DNA from: Planctomycetota bacterium
Lineage (GTDB): Bacteria > Planctomycetota > Planctomycetia > Pirellulales > Lacipirellulaceae
Length of the DNA stretch: 52,081 nt
Assembly: GCA_039190745.1 (NCBI GenBank)
Contig: JBCCXZ010000023.1
Coordinates: 1-52,081, forward strand
Direction of reading: 5' to 3'
Positions 1 to 9,108 of this stretch are shown here, piece after piece. The position numbers were made by a program, and so were the translations under genes. Numbering within the stretch: the first letter of the stretch is position 1; the number at the start of each line of letters is the position of its first letter. The notes under the pieces are model-generated. The model made no database searches and had not been told where the DNA came from. It saw only the letters and a program-made list of their open reading frames with translations.

Positions 1-142
1 CGATCTAGGTATTCGGGTCCAGACCACTTCTCACGCACAGAATGTAGGAAAGGAAAGCGGCCCGGCGTGCTAGCACGCCGGGCCGCTTTCCTTTCCTACA
101 TTCTGTGCGTGAGAAGTGGTCTGGACCCGAATACCTAGATCG
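1..142. repeat. Perfect 142-bp palindrome at window start (probable assembly fold-back around a terminator-like hairpin)
   Basis: 1-71 is the exact reverse complement of 72-142 with no loop (centre ...GGCGTGCT|AGCACGCC...). The core AAAGCGGCCCGGCG...CGCCGGGCCGCTTT resembles an intrinsic terminator stem. Confidence 0.95.
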
Positions 143-240
143 CTATCATCGCCCGGCAAGTAGGCTGAGGCCTGTTCCACCCTCTTGCTAGTCGGTCCGC
201 AACGGATCCGGCCGTGCTGTTTCGGGAAGGATTCCTACCG

Positions 241-1185
241 ATGCGTATTGTGTTGGCGCTCGGCTTGCTCTCTGTAGTGGTCTTCGGGGGCGGTTGTCAG
301 AACAACTCCTCGGTCCCGATTAGCAATCCATTCCTCGGCCCCGACCGTGTGCCGCCCCCAGCGACCCGCGGTCTCACGCCGGGAGCCGCGCAGCCGTACT
401 ACGGTTCTGCGCCGGGTGCTGTTCCACAGGTAGCGCCGGGCTTCTCGCAGCCGCCGCAGACTTTTGGGACCCCTATCCCGGCAGGTCCTCCAACGACCAT
501 CCCGGGTGCCGCTCCGCTGCCGCAATCGGGTTACCAGCCGGGTTACCAGCAGCCCCAAGGCGGAGGAGTTACCCCGGGCTTTGGTTCGACCACAGCACAG
601 CCGCCCGGCGTCATGCAGGCTTCGGCCCTTCAGTCGGCTACCGCTGGGCCGAACGTGTCGGTGCCTGGAGATCAGATGGCGCTCCGCTTTAACGGGGCCG
701 TCCAGTCGCCGATCACACCCACGCCGCAGCAGCCGCCGGTGGGCCTCCAGCAGGGCGTCGCGTTCAATGCAGCACCTATCCCGACCGGGCAGGGGGCTGA
801 GCAATGGCAACAGGCGCTCCGGCCCGCTGCCATCCAGCCGGTTTCCGGCTCCACTGGAGCAGCAGCTGACGGGTTCCGATCGCCAACGGGTGTGAAGCAG
901 TCCGACGACTCGATCCGCTACGCCGCGAGCCCGAGTTACGACCAACTCTCTGGGGTGTTGGAATTCAACGAAGCCTCGGGCCAGTGGCGTATCCGGTTTG
1001 CTCCTGCCGGCTCGGCCGGCGATCCCTACGGCGGCACGCTGCTGGTTTCGAACCCGGCATCGCTGGAGGGCTTTCAGGCTGGCGAGTTCGTCACGGTCTC
1101 CGGGGCCCTGCAGCGGCGACAGCTGGATGCCCAGTCGTTTGTGAATGTCTATCAGGTGGCGTCGGTGGCCGCCCAACGGCGGTAG
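241..1185 (+). CDS. Hypothetical lipoprotein with Pro/Gln-rich linker and small C-terminal domain
   Basis: ATG at 241 gives MRIVLALGLLSVVVFGGGC (lipobox-like Cys); low-complexity P/Q/G middle; compact C-terminal domain (LSGVLEFNEASGQWRIRF...DPYGG). Confidence 0.75.
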   Translation: MRIVLALGLLSVVVFGGGCQNNSSVPISNPFLGPDRVPPPATRGLTPGAAQPYYGSAPGAVPQVAPGFSQPPQTFGTPIPAGPPTTIPGAAPLPQSGYQPGYQQPQGGGVTPGFGSTTAQPPGVMQASALQSATAGPNVSVPGDQMALRFNGAVQSPITPTPQQPPVGLQQGVAFNAAPIPTGQGAEQWQQALRPAAIQPVSGSTGAAADGFRSPTGVKQSDDSIRYAASPSYDQLSGVLEFNEASGQWRIRFAPAGSAGDPYGGTLLVSNPASLEGFQAGEFVTVSGALQRRQLDAQSFVNVYQVASVAAQRR

Positions 1186-1272
1186 GCGGTCGGGCCTGAA
1201 CGAACGGTCCCGATCGGCTAGGATAAAAGTCCATCCCCCGCCCCACCCTCGCGTTTGGCCGCCCATCCGCCG

Positions 1273-3216
1273 ATGTCTCGAATCCCCAGCGGAATCCAGG
1301 GCAAGGCTCGAGCCGCGTTTGGCAACCCGATTGCTCGATTCGCGGCCCGCTTGCCGAGGATTGCCGCTTTCGAGGAAGGCCTGAAGGCGCTTTCCGACCA
1401 CGACCTGCGGAAGACAAGCCTCGGGCTGCGCTACCGCGTTCGAGCGGGCGAGCCGCTCACGAAAATCCTGGACGAGGCGTTCGCCTTGGTCCGCGAGGCC
1501 GGGAGGCGGACGTTGGGGATGCGGCACTTCGAGGTGCAGATGCTGGGCGGGGCGGCGATGCACCACCGCTCGATCGTTGAGATGCAGACCGGCGAAGGCA
1601 AGACGCTCACCGCGACGCTGCCGATGTACCTCGCTTCGCTGGATGGCCGTGGAGCGCACCTCGCCACCGTGAACGACTACCTGGCCGCCCGCGACGCGGA
1701 GTGGATGAAGCCGCTTTACAGCGCCCTGGGCGTCTCGGTCGGGGTGATCCAGTCGCAGCAGCCGCAGCCGGAGCGGCGGAAGGCCTACCGCTGTGACGTG
1801 ACCTACGGCACGGCGAACGAGATGGGGTTTGATTTTCTTCGCGATCGGTTGCTGCGGCGGAGCCAGGGCGAGGGGAACCAGGACCTGTTCGGGGCGATGC
1901 TCGGCCGCAACGGCGACGCGGGCAACGACGAGCCGGTGCAGCGGGGTCTGCACTTCATGCTGGTTGACGAGGCCGACAGCATCCTGATCGACGAGGCCCG
2001 GACGCCGCTGATTATCAGTGCCCTGCCGGGCGAGGACGAGATCATCGCGGCCGAGGCGTACAAGTGGGCGGCGGAGTCGGAGGAGCTGTTCGTCGAGGAC
2101 GAGCACTTCGAGTACGAGCACGACGAGAAGCGGGTCGATCTCTCGCTCGCCGGGCGGCAGTTGGTTCGGCAGCTGCGGAAGCCGAGCGAGATGGATCGGC
2201 TGCCGTTGTCGACGATCTACGAGTACATCCAGCGGGCGATCAAGGTGAAGCGGGAGATGTTTATCGACCGTCAGTACGTGGTGCGGGACGGGGAGATTGT
2301 GATTGTCGACGAGTTCACCGGCCGGTTGGCGGAGGGGCGGAAGTGGCGCGCCGGGATCCATCAGTCGGTGGAGGCCAAGGAAGGCGTGGAGGTGACGTTC
2401 GCGACCAACCAGGCTGCGCGGGTCACGGTGCAGGACTTCTTTCTGCGGTACGAGCGTCTGGCGGGGATGACGGGTACGGCGTCGACCTCGGCGGGTGAGC
2501 TGGCGAAGATCTACAAGGTGCGGGTTTCGGCGATCCCGACCAACCGGCCGCCGATCCGGAAGAAGCTCAAGACCCTGGTGTTCGGCACGGCCGAGCAGCG
2601 GTGGGAGGCGGTGGTGGCCGACGCGGTCGAGCAGCACGCGACGGGGCGTCCGGTGCTGATCGGCACCCGTTCGATCGACAAGAGCGAGCAACTCACGGCG
2701 ATGCTGGCCGAGGTCGGCATCGAGACGACGGTGCTCAACGCCCGGCACGTAGCGCAAGAGGCTGAGATCGTCGAGCGGGCCGGGCAGCAGGGCAAGGTGA
2801 CGGTGGCGACGAACATGGCCGGCCGGGGCACGGACATCAAGCTCGGAGAGGGCGTTCACGAGTTGGGCGGGTTGCACGTGATCTGCACCGAGCTGCACGA
2901 GGCCCAGCGGATCGACCGGCAGTTGATCGGCCGGTGCGGGCGGCAGGGCGACCCCGGGACTTACAGGCAGTTCTTGTCGCTGGACGACGAGATCCTGCTG
3001 ATGGGTCTTGGGCCGAAGCGGTACAAGAAGTTGGTCGAGCGCGGCAAGCGTGCGAAGCGGCCGCTGCCGAGCTACGAGTCGCTGTTCTACAAGGCTCAGC
3101 GTCGGGTAGAGAAGCGGCACTTTCGTGACCGCAAGGTGCTTCTTTACCACGAGAAAGAGCGGCAGAAGGTGCAGCGTCAGATGGGGCAGGATCCGTACTT
3201 GGATACGCCTGGGTAG
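1273..3216 (+). CDS. secA: Short SecA paralog (SecA DEAD-motor ATPase)
   Basis: SecA motifs MQTGEGKT, TVNDYLAARD, VDEADSILIDEARTPLIIS, IVDEFTGR, GMTGTA, ATNMAGRGTDI, RIDRQLIGRCGRQGDPG. Only about 647 aa, ending soon after NBD2. Confidence 0.9.
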   Translation: MSRIPSGIQGKARAAFGNPIARFAARLPRIAAFEEGLKALSDHDLRKTSLGLRYRVRAGEPLTKILDEAFALVREAGRRTLGMRHFEVQMLGGAAMHHRSIVEMQTGEGKTLTATLPMYLASLDGRGAHLATVNDYLAARDAEWMKPLYSALGVSVGVIQSQQPQPERRKAYRCDVTYGTANEMGFDFLRDRLLRRSQGEGNQDLFGAMLGRNGDAGNDEPVQRGLHFMLVDEADSILIDEARTPLIISALPGEDEIIAAEAYKWAAESEELFVEDEHFEYEHDEKRVDLSLAGRQLVRQLRKPSEMDRLPLSTIYEYIQRAIKVKREMFIDRQYVVRDGEIVIVDEFTGRLAEGRKWRAGIHQSVEAKEGVEVTFATNQAARVTVQDFFLRYERLAGMTGTASTSAGELAKIYKVRVSAIPTNRPPIRKKLKTLVFGTAEQRWEAVVADAVEQHATGRPVLIGTRSIDKSEQLTAMLAEVGIETTVLNARHVAQEAEIVERAGQQGKVTVATNMAGRGTDIKLGEGVHELGGLHVICTELHEAQRIDRQLIGRCGRQGDPGTYRQFLSLDDEILLMGLGPKRYKKLVERGKRAKRPLPSYESLFYKAQRRVEKRHFRDRKVLLYHEKERQKVQRQMGQDPYLDTPG

Positions 3217-3238
3217 AGGATGCCGGAAACGGGTAGCG

Positions 3239-3266
3239 GAATAACGAAGTCCGAATGACGAAGTCC
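3239..3266. repeat. Short tandem repeat, 14 bp x2 (7-bp periodicity)
   Basis: GAATAACGAAGTCC GAATGACGAAGTCC just after the secA paralog stop. Confidence 0.7.
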
Positions 3267-3585
3267 GAGGTTGGGGTTTTGTCCTCTGCGTGGGTTTTGG
3301 TCGGGATTCGGGTACACGCGGCGATATGCCAAAAGTGGCTTGGTTTTGTCCGCCCTGTTTCTTGCTTCGCTCGGCGTGGCTAGGCTGCGCGGGCACTGTG
3401 GGCGGTCTTAATGATTGGGTGTTTGCGTTCGTTGTTGGTTTGTTTTTGGTGACGGAAGTCTCTGGCGGGGCTCCGGCCGGGCGTAGCCCGGCGGCTATTG
3501 GAGCGGGTGCTCTCTGGGCTGATTCTTGTGTTTGTATAGCAGGCTAGGTGGCCACTTCCCACAAGAATCTTTGCCGGTTCTTGGT

Positions 3586-3614
3586 TTGGGGATGGCCGGT
3601 TTGTCGCCTACAAT
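3586..3614 (+). promoter_or_regulatory. Putative sigma70 promoter for the glycoside hydrolase gene
   Basis: TTGGGG-17 nt-TACAAT, followed by AGGAGG RBS (3642-3647) and ATG at 3657. Confidence 0.35.
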
Positions 3615-3656
3615 CGAGGCTCTTCGGTGCAGGGTCTTTTCAGGAGGTTGGCCGTC

Positions 3657-5501
3657 ATGCGTACGGTGCGGGCGATCGTTCGTTGGGCTTGTTTCTGCTT
3701 GGCTACTGCGGTGTTGCCCGGGGTTTGTCTCGGGCAGGGCTACCAGGGGATGAGCCTGTTCGGCTTCGGCGGGGCGCTGGGCAACCCCGATCTGCGGGAG
3801 TCGCTGCACAACATGCAGACGCTGGGCGTCGACACGGTTGCGCTCAACGTGTGGTGGAAGCAGGACAACAAGTTCTCCAGTTCTGTGTATGAAGATGTCG
3901 GCGGCATCAGCGCCTCTGTCACGGAAGTCGAAGCGGCGATCGACCTGATCCACGACCTGGGGATGCAGGTTTACCTCAAGCCGCAGATCGACTCGGGCGA
4001 CGGGGTTTGGCGGGCGCTGATTGAGCCGACCGATCCCAACGCATGGCTCTCCAGCTACGGGTCGTTCATCCACACCTACGCCGACATCGCCGAGAGCAAG
4101 AACGTGGCGCTCTTTAGCATCGGTACCGAGATGGAGTCGATGGCGAACAACCCGGCTTACACGCCCCAGTGGACGGGAATCATCAACGGCGTGCGGAGCC
4201 GGTACAGCGGGCCGGTGACGTACGCGGGCAACCACGGCGACGCCAGCGACGGGGTGAACAACTTCGGCAGCTACCAGGACGTGCCGTGGTGGGGCCAGCT
4301 GGACACGATCGGCGTGGACGCCTACTTCCCGCTGACCGGCAAGAACAATCCGACGCCGGCGGAGCTGGAGTCGGCCTGGACGGCGAGGGCGAACGAGATC
4401 GAATCGTGGCGGTCGTCACAGGGCCTGTCGCAGCAGGTGCTGTTCACCGAGGTGGGCTACAGCGCGTACGACGGGACGAACCAGACGCCCTGGGCGGGCG
4501 CGGGCGGGGCGCCCCAGGACGAGCAGGAGCAGGCGGACGCCTACGACGCGCTACTGACGGTGATGAACGGTCGGAGCTGGTGGGACGGTGCGTTCTGGTG
4601 GGCGTGGGAGTCGCTGCCGCACGCGGGGGTGGTTCAGCCGACCGGGTTCACGCCGCAGGACCGGGTGGTGCAGCAGGTGTTGGCCACGGAGTACGGCGGG
4701 GAGGTTCCGCTGCCGGCGCCGCGCGCCCCGGAGCGGCTGGCGGGTTGGGACGGCGATCTGGCGGGCTTCTCGGCTGGCAACGGGGCGGCTTTGGCGAACG
4801 GCTCCGCAGGGGTAACGCAGGGGGATGGTTCGTTGGCGGTGACTTCGCCGGACGACTCTTTCCGGTGGGCGGTGAGCAAGCTGCTGACGGCGAGCAGCGG
4901 GAACACGTACCGTTCTCTGGTCGAAGCGGCGAGCGACCCGAGCGGCTACTTGCTGGAGTTTGACGTGACGTACGACACGGACTCGATCCCGCAAGGACAG
5001 GTCAACTACGTGGATGTGTTCGTGTCGATCAACAGCCCAGCGGGTTGGAGCCAGATCGACAGCGTCGCGACGGCGAGCGGCCAGAGCGACGAGACGATCC
5101 GCGTCTCGATCCCATTGGACCAGTTCACGTTGGCAGAGCTTTCGAGTTGGTACGGCATCAATTTCGCTGTGACGGGCAACTGGGGGGCGTCGCCGGCGAC
5201 GTTCTATTTCGACGATCTGCGGCTGGTGGACCTGGACGCACCGGCGGCGGGCGATTTTAACGGGGATGGCTCGATCGACGGGGCCGACCTGGCCTACTGG
5301 GAAGAGAGTACCGGGTGGAGCGCCCACGGCGACGCGGACGGAGACACGGACAGCGACCTGGCCGACCTGCTAGCGTGGCAGCGTGCGGAGGGTTCCGCGG
5401 CGATAGCGGCGACACCGGAGCCGGCCGGGATAGCGTTGTTGCTGGTCGGTTTGGTCTGCACTGGCTGGCGAGCGGCTTTTGGCGCAAGACAGGGGCATTG
5501 A
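3657..5501 (+). CDS. Exported GH113-like TIM-barrel glycoside hydrolase with beta-sandwich domain, dockerin-like repeats and PEP-CTERM-like tail
   Basis: Signal peptide; GH113-type motifs VYLKPQI, FSIGTEM, VTYAGN, IGVDAYFPL, VLFTEVGY; GDFNGDGSIDGADL and GDADGDTDSDLADLLAWQR; C-terminal TPEP + hydrophobic helix + Arg. Confidence 0.75.
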   Translation: MRTVRAIVRWACFCLATAVLPGVCLGQGYQGMSLFGFGGALGNPDLRESLHNMQTLGVDTVALNVWWKQDNKFSSSVYEDVGGISASVTEVEAAIDLIHDLGMQVYLKPQIDSGDGVWRALIEPTDPNAWLSSYGSFIHTYADIAESKNVALFSIGTEMESMANNPAYTPQWTGIINGVRSRYSGPVTYAGNHGDASDGVNNFGSYQDVPWWGQLDTIGVDAYFPLTGKNNPTPAELESAWTARANEIESWRSSQGLSQQVLFTEVGYSAYDGTNQTPWAGAGGAPQDEQEQADAYDALLTVMNGRSWWDGAFWWAWESLPHAGVVQPTGFTPQDRVVQQVLATEYGGEVPLPAPRAPERLAGWDGDLAGFSAGNGAALANGSAGVTQGDGSLAVTSPDDSFRWAVSKLLTASSGNTYRSLVEAASDPSGYLLEFDVTYDTDSIPQGQVNYVDVFVSINSPAGWSQIDSVATASGQSDETIRVSIPLDQFTLAELSSWYGINFAVTGNWGASPATFYFDDLRLVDLDAPAAGDFNGDGSIDGADLAYWEESTGWSAHGDADGDTDSDLADLLAWQRAEGSAAIAATPEPAGIALLLVGLVCTGWRAAFGARQGH

Positions 5502-5665
5502 GAAGGGTGCAGAGTCTTCGGCTCCTTGCAGGCGGCCTCTTCGTGGGCGTTGCGTCGTCTGTGGGCATACAGCGTGTGCTGAGTCCCAAACTTAAGACCG
5601 GCGTCACGGAAGAGTTGGCGTTACGGTTTGCTTGATCCTCTCGAGCTGGCAGACGGAGGGCATTC

Positions 5666-6616
5666 ATGAAGGTTGCGCTGGCACAAATCGCGCCGAGCTG
5701 GCTAGATCGAGAAGCGACCGTTGCAAAAGTGGTTGACTGGATTGGGCGGGCGGCGAGGCAGGGGTGCGGGTTGGTGTGCTTCGGCGAGGCGCTCGTTCCG
5801 GGGTACCCGTTTTGGGTTGAGCGGACCGACGGGGCGCGGTTTGAGTCGGCGGAGCAGAAGGAGTGGTTTGCTCGGTACGCCGAGCAGGCTGTGGTCGTTG
5901 AGCGGGGAGATCTGGAGCCCATCCAAGCGGCGGCACGCGACGGGGGGCTTGCGGTCTACGTGGGGTGCATCGAACGGGCGCCTGACCGGGGCGGGCACAG
6001 CTTGTATTGCTCGCTGGCGTACATCGACGCGGCCGGAGAGATCGGCTCGGTTCACCGGAAGCTGATGCCAACGTATGAAGAGCGGCTGGTGTGGTCGATC
6101 GGCGACGGGCACGGGCTGCGGACGCACGGGCTGGGCGCGTTCACTGTGGGTGGGCTGAACTGCTGGGAGAACTGGCTGCCGCTGGCGCGGGCGGCGCTGC
6201 ACGGGATGGGCGAAGACCTGCACGTGGCGGTGTGGCCGGGTGGGCAATGGAACACGCGGGACGCGACACGGATGATGGCCCTGGAGAGCCGGTCCTACGT
6301 GCTGTCGGTCTCGGGGCTGATGCGGGCATCGGACGTGCCGAGAGGACTGCCCGGGGGCGAGGAGATTCTCAGGGACGGAGAAGCGTTGCTCGCCGACGGG
6401 GGTTCGTGCATTGCCGGGCCGGACGGCGCCTGGTTGGTGGAGCCAGTAGTGGGGCGGGAGGAGTTGATCGTTGCGGAGCTGGACCACGGTTTGGTGCCAA
6501 GGGAGCGGCAGAATCTGGACGGGTCGGGGCATTATGCGAGGCCGGATGTGCTTCGGCTGGTGGTCGACCGAAGGCGGCAGGGCGTGGTGGAGACGCTCGA
6601 TGAGCCCTCGGATTGA
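5666..6616 (+). CDS. Nitrilase (carbon-nitrogen hydrolase family)
   Basis: Glu-Lys-Cys triad contexts FGEALVPGYPFW, HRKLMPTYEER, LNCWENW; C-terminal GHYARPDV. Confidence 0.9.
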   Translation: MKVALAQIAPSWLDREATVAKVVDWIGRAARQGCGLVCFGEALVPGYPFWVERTDGARFESAEQKEWFARYAEQAVVVERGDLEPIQAAARDGGLAVYVGCIERAPDRGGHSLYCSLAYIDAAGEIGSVHRKLMPTYEERLVWSIGDGHGLRTHGLGAFTVGGLNCWENWLPLARAALHGMGEDLHVAVWPGGQWNTRDATRMMALESRSYVLSVSGLMRASDVPRGLPGGEEILRDGEALLADGGSCIAGPDGAWLVEPVVGREELIVAELDHGLVPRERQNLDGSGHYARPDVLRLVVDRRRQGVVETLDEPSD

Positions 6617-6677
6617 AGGCCTGTAAAGTCGGGGGCATGATGGTCGATATTGCGGGTATGCCCCGACAGGAAAGCTC

Positions 6678-6714
6678 GGGCGGCGTGGACTCACTTCGTC
6701 CCCTTTATTTTATT
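6678..6714 (+). terminator. Candidate intrinsic terminator after the nitrilase gene
   Basis: GGGCGGCGTG-gact-CACTTCGTCC stem (two G-U pairs, one mismatch) followed by CCTTTATTTTATT. Confidence 0.35.
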
Positions 6715-6726
6715 GGCTGGTTGAGT

Positions 6727-7758
6727 ATGTTCCGGATTCTGTCTTTGGCCGGCGGCGGGTTGCGCGGGGCGTTCGCCATTGGACTTCTCGGAGAGCTGGA
6801 GAAGCGGCTGGAGCACCCGCTAGCGCACTATTTCGACCTGATCGCGGGAACATCGACCGGCTCGATCACCGCGGCGTCGTTGTGCTGCGGGATGAAGGCG
6901 CAGGACGTCGAGGACTTCTACGCCAAGTTCTCGGAGAAGATTTTCCATCCGCGTGACCCGTACTCGCCGAAGGGCCTGTGGGGCGCGGTGTACCCAGCGT
7001 TGCGGTGGGCGGGCTCGACCCTGCTGGGACGAAACCTCGACCACTTTTTCCAGTCTCGGTACTGCCCTTTCAGCCTGACGGCTGCGATGGAAGACGCGTT
7101 TGGAAACCGGCCGATGCGGGGGGTTGAGCACTCGCGCCTGTTGATCCCCACGGTGAATCTGACCGACGGGATCACGGCGATTCTGCGCACACCGCACCTG
7201 CCTCGGCATGATCCGGCGTACGACTGGCGGGTGGCGGACGTGATCGTGGCGTCGGCGGCGGCGCCGACGTACTTCCCTCACAAGCGGATGCCCGATGGCA
7301 AAGACTACGCTGACGGCGGGCTGTGGGCTATCGACCCAGGCGTGGCGGCCCTGGCCGAGTCGGTGCGGATTATGGAGGACTGCTCTCGGGAGGAGGATTG
7401 CCGGTTCCAGCTCGACGAGGTGTGGATGCTGTCGATCGGCACGGGGCAGTCGGACTACTCGCTGTCCCCGCCCGACGCGGACGCTGGCATGCTCTACTGG
7501 GGCCAGCACGTGGCGGACGTGATGAGCATCTCGCAGGTGCAGGGGACGCAGCTGCCGCTGCGGATCGTTCTAGACCAGCGGTACCGTCAGGTGGACTTCG
7601 AGCTGGAGGACCCGAGCTGGACGCTGGACAACCTGCGGATCACCGGCGAGCTGTTCGACCGGGGACGGGAGGAGGGGGCGCGGCTTTTCGACGAGTTGCG
7701 GGAAACGTTCCTTAGTACGCCGACGGGTCGTTACACGGCCTACTCCGCTGCGGGTTAA
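6727..7758 (+). CDS. Patatin-like phospholipase (CapV-like motif set)
   Basis: ILSLAGGGLRG oxyanion loop, FDLIAGTSTG nucleophile, ASAAAPTYFP, DGGLW catalytic Asp. Start chosen at ATG 6727. Confidence 0.85.
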   Translation: MFRILSLAGGGLRGAFAIGLLGELEKRLEHPLAHYFDLIAGTSTGSITAASLCCGMKAQDVEDFYAKFSEKIFHPRDPYSPKGLWGAVYPALRWAGSTLLGRNLDHFFQSRYCPFSLTAAMEDAFGNRPMRGVEHSRLLIPTVNLTDGITAILRTPHLPRHDPAYDWRVADVIVASAAAPTYFPHKRMPDGKDYADGGLWAIDPGVAALAESVRIMEDCSREEDCRFQLDEVWMLSIGTGQSDYSLSPPDADAGMLYWGQHVADVMSISQVQGTQLPLRIVLDQRYRQVDFELEDPSWTLDNLRITGELFDRGREEGARLFDELRETFLSTPTGRYTAYSAAG

Positions 7759-7833
7759 CATTCGCTAAGGCGTGTGCTGTTAGTCCGAGTGGTTTTTTTC
7801 TATGGCTTCTCGTGTTTGGCGTGTTGGGCTACA

Positions 7834-7900
7834 TTCCGCACGGAAGCATCCGGATGAAGTCTTGCCTTAAGGCATTGACTTCACGCGTCCTTAACAATGC
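7834..7900. promoter_or_regulatory. Cluster of palindromic operator-like sites upstream of the DUF1559 gene
   Basis: TTCCGcaCGGAA (7834-7845), CATCCGGATG (7847-7856), TGCCTTAAGGCA (7863-7874), GCATTG...CAATGC (7872-7877/7895-7900). Confidence 0.4.
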
Positions 7901-7975
7901 CCCTCGCACCACCCCACCACCAAGCAATGGTCTCCAGCGCTGGCTGACTCTGGGGCTTCTAAGGAATCATCGCCT

Positions 7976-9106
7976 GTGATCGCTCCGAAAACCGTTCGCC
8001 ACGGACCGGCCTCTGACAGGTTTGCTCAGCCACGCCGCACTTTGCCACGGGGTTTCACGCTTGTTGAGCTGTTAGTTGTCATCGCGATCATCGGCGTGCT
8101 TGTGGCCCTGTTGTTGCCGGCTGTGCAGCAGGCGCGTGAGTCCGCCCGGCGGATCCAGTGCGTGAACAACTTGAAGCAGATTGGCCTGGCGGTGGCCAAC
8201 TACGAGGGAGTGCGTGGGTCGCTGCCGCCGGGCATGACCGCTTTTGGCGGCTTCCGCTACGGGCACTCGGTGCATGCCTTGCTGCTGCCCTACATCGAGC
8301 AAACGGCTCTGGCGGACCGCTGGGAATGGGGCGAAGGCTCTGACTTTGCCTCGCTGAACCGCGATGTTTTGAAGAATACCGAGGGCGGGCTGCAGGCGTT
8401 GACCGCGACGCTGATCGGGACTTACCTCTGCCCGTCGGACATCTTCACGGAGAACCCGTTCCAGACGACGTCGAACTATTTTGCCTCGCCTCCGCAGGGC
8501 GTGTGGTACGCGGGGACGAGCTACGGGGCGAATACGGGGACGACCGGTTACTGGCCCCAGTACGGCTACGCCTACGACGGCATGTTCAGCGTTGTTGGCA
8601 GCGGTTTCTATCTGCCTCGGAAGGACTTGGCGGTGAACGGAGAGTTCGATTCGGTGGACGGTTACCGGATCCCGCAGGTCGAAGACGGCATGAGCAACAC
8701 GATCGCCTTTGGTGAGAAGTACCACTTCGACCTCGTGCACGACCAGCTCCACGCCGACGGGTGCAGCCGCGTGCGGGAGCCGGTGTACAAGTTCTCCGCT
8801 TGGGCGTGCACCGGGGGGCACGATTGCATCGGCCACATGATGGGGGCTATGTACTACTCTCCCGTGGTGCGGTCTGGCGCGGTGCCGCCGATCAACTACC
8901 GTGTGACGCCGCGTGACGGTTGCAACTGGGAAACGCACGACAACCGCGTTGCCGGCTGGGGCAGCGGGCATCCCGGAGGGGCGAACTTTGTGTTCGGCGA
9001 CGGGGCCGTCCGATTCCTGGGCGACGACATCGATCGGGCCATCTTCCGTGCGGCCGCATTGCGTGCCGACGGCGAGGTGGTCGACCCCGATTTGCTCGGG
9101 GGTTGA
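7976..9106 (+). CDS. DUF1559 family prepilin-type (PulG-like) planctomycete protein
   Basis: [63 protein letters not shown]-terminal H-X9-DG motif [12 protein letters not shown]. Confidence 0.95.
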   Translation: MIAPKTVRHGPASDRFAQPRRTLPRGFTLVELLVVIAIIGVLVALLLPAVQQARESARRIQCVNNLKQIGLAVANYEGVRGSLPPGMTAFGGFRYGHSVHALLLPYIEQTALADRWEWGEGSDFASLNRDVLKNTEGGLQALTATLIGTYLCPSDIFTENPFQTTSNYFASPPQGVWYAGTSYGANTGTTGYWPQYGYAYDGMFSVVGSGFYLPRKDLAVNGEFDSVDGYRIPQVEDGMSNTIAFGEKYHFDLVHDQLHADGCSRVREPVYKFSAWACTGGHDCIGHMMGAMYYSPVVRSGAVPPINYRVTPRDGCNWETHDNRVAGWGSGHPGGANFVFGDGAVRFLGDDIDRAIFRAAALRADGEVVDPDLLGG

Positions 9107-9108
9107 GC

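Noticed and set aside
235..3396. 1053-aa minus-strand ORF
   Set aside because: Antisense shadow of the lipoprotein and secA paralog; no motifs; expected in high-GC coding DNA.
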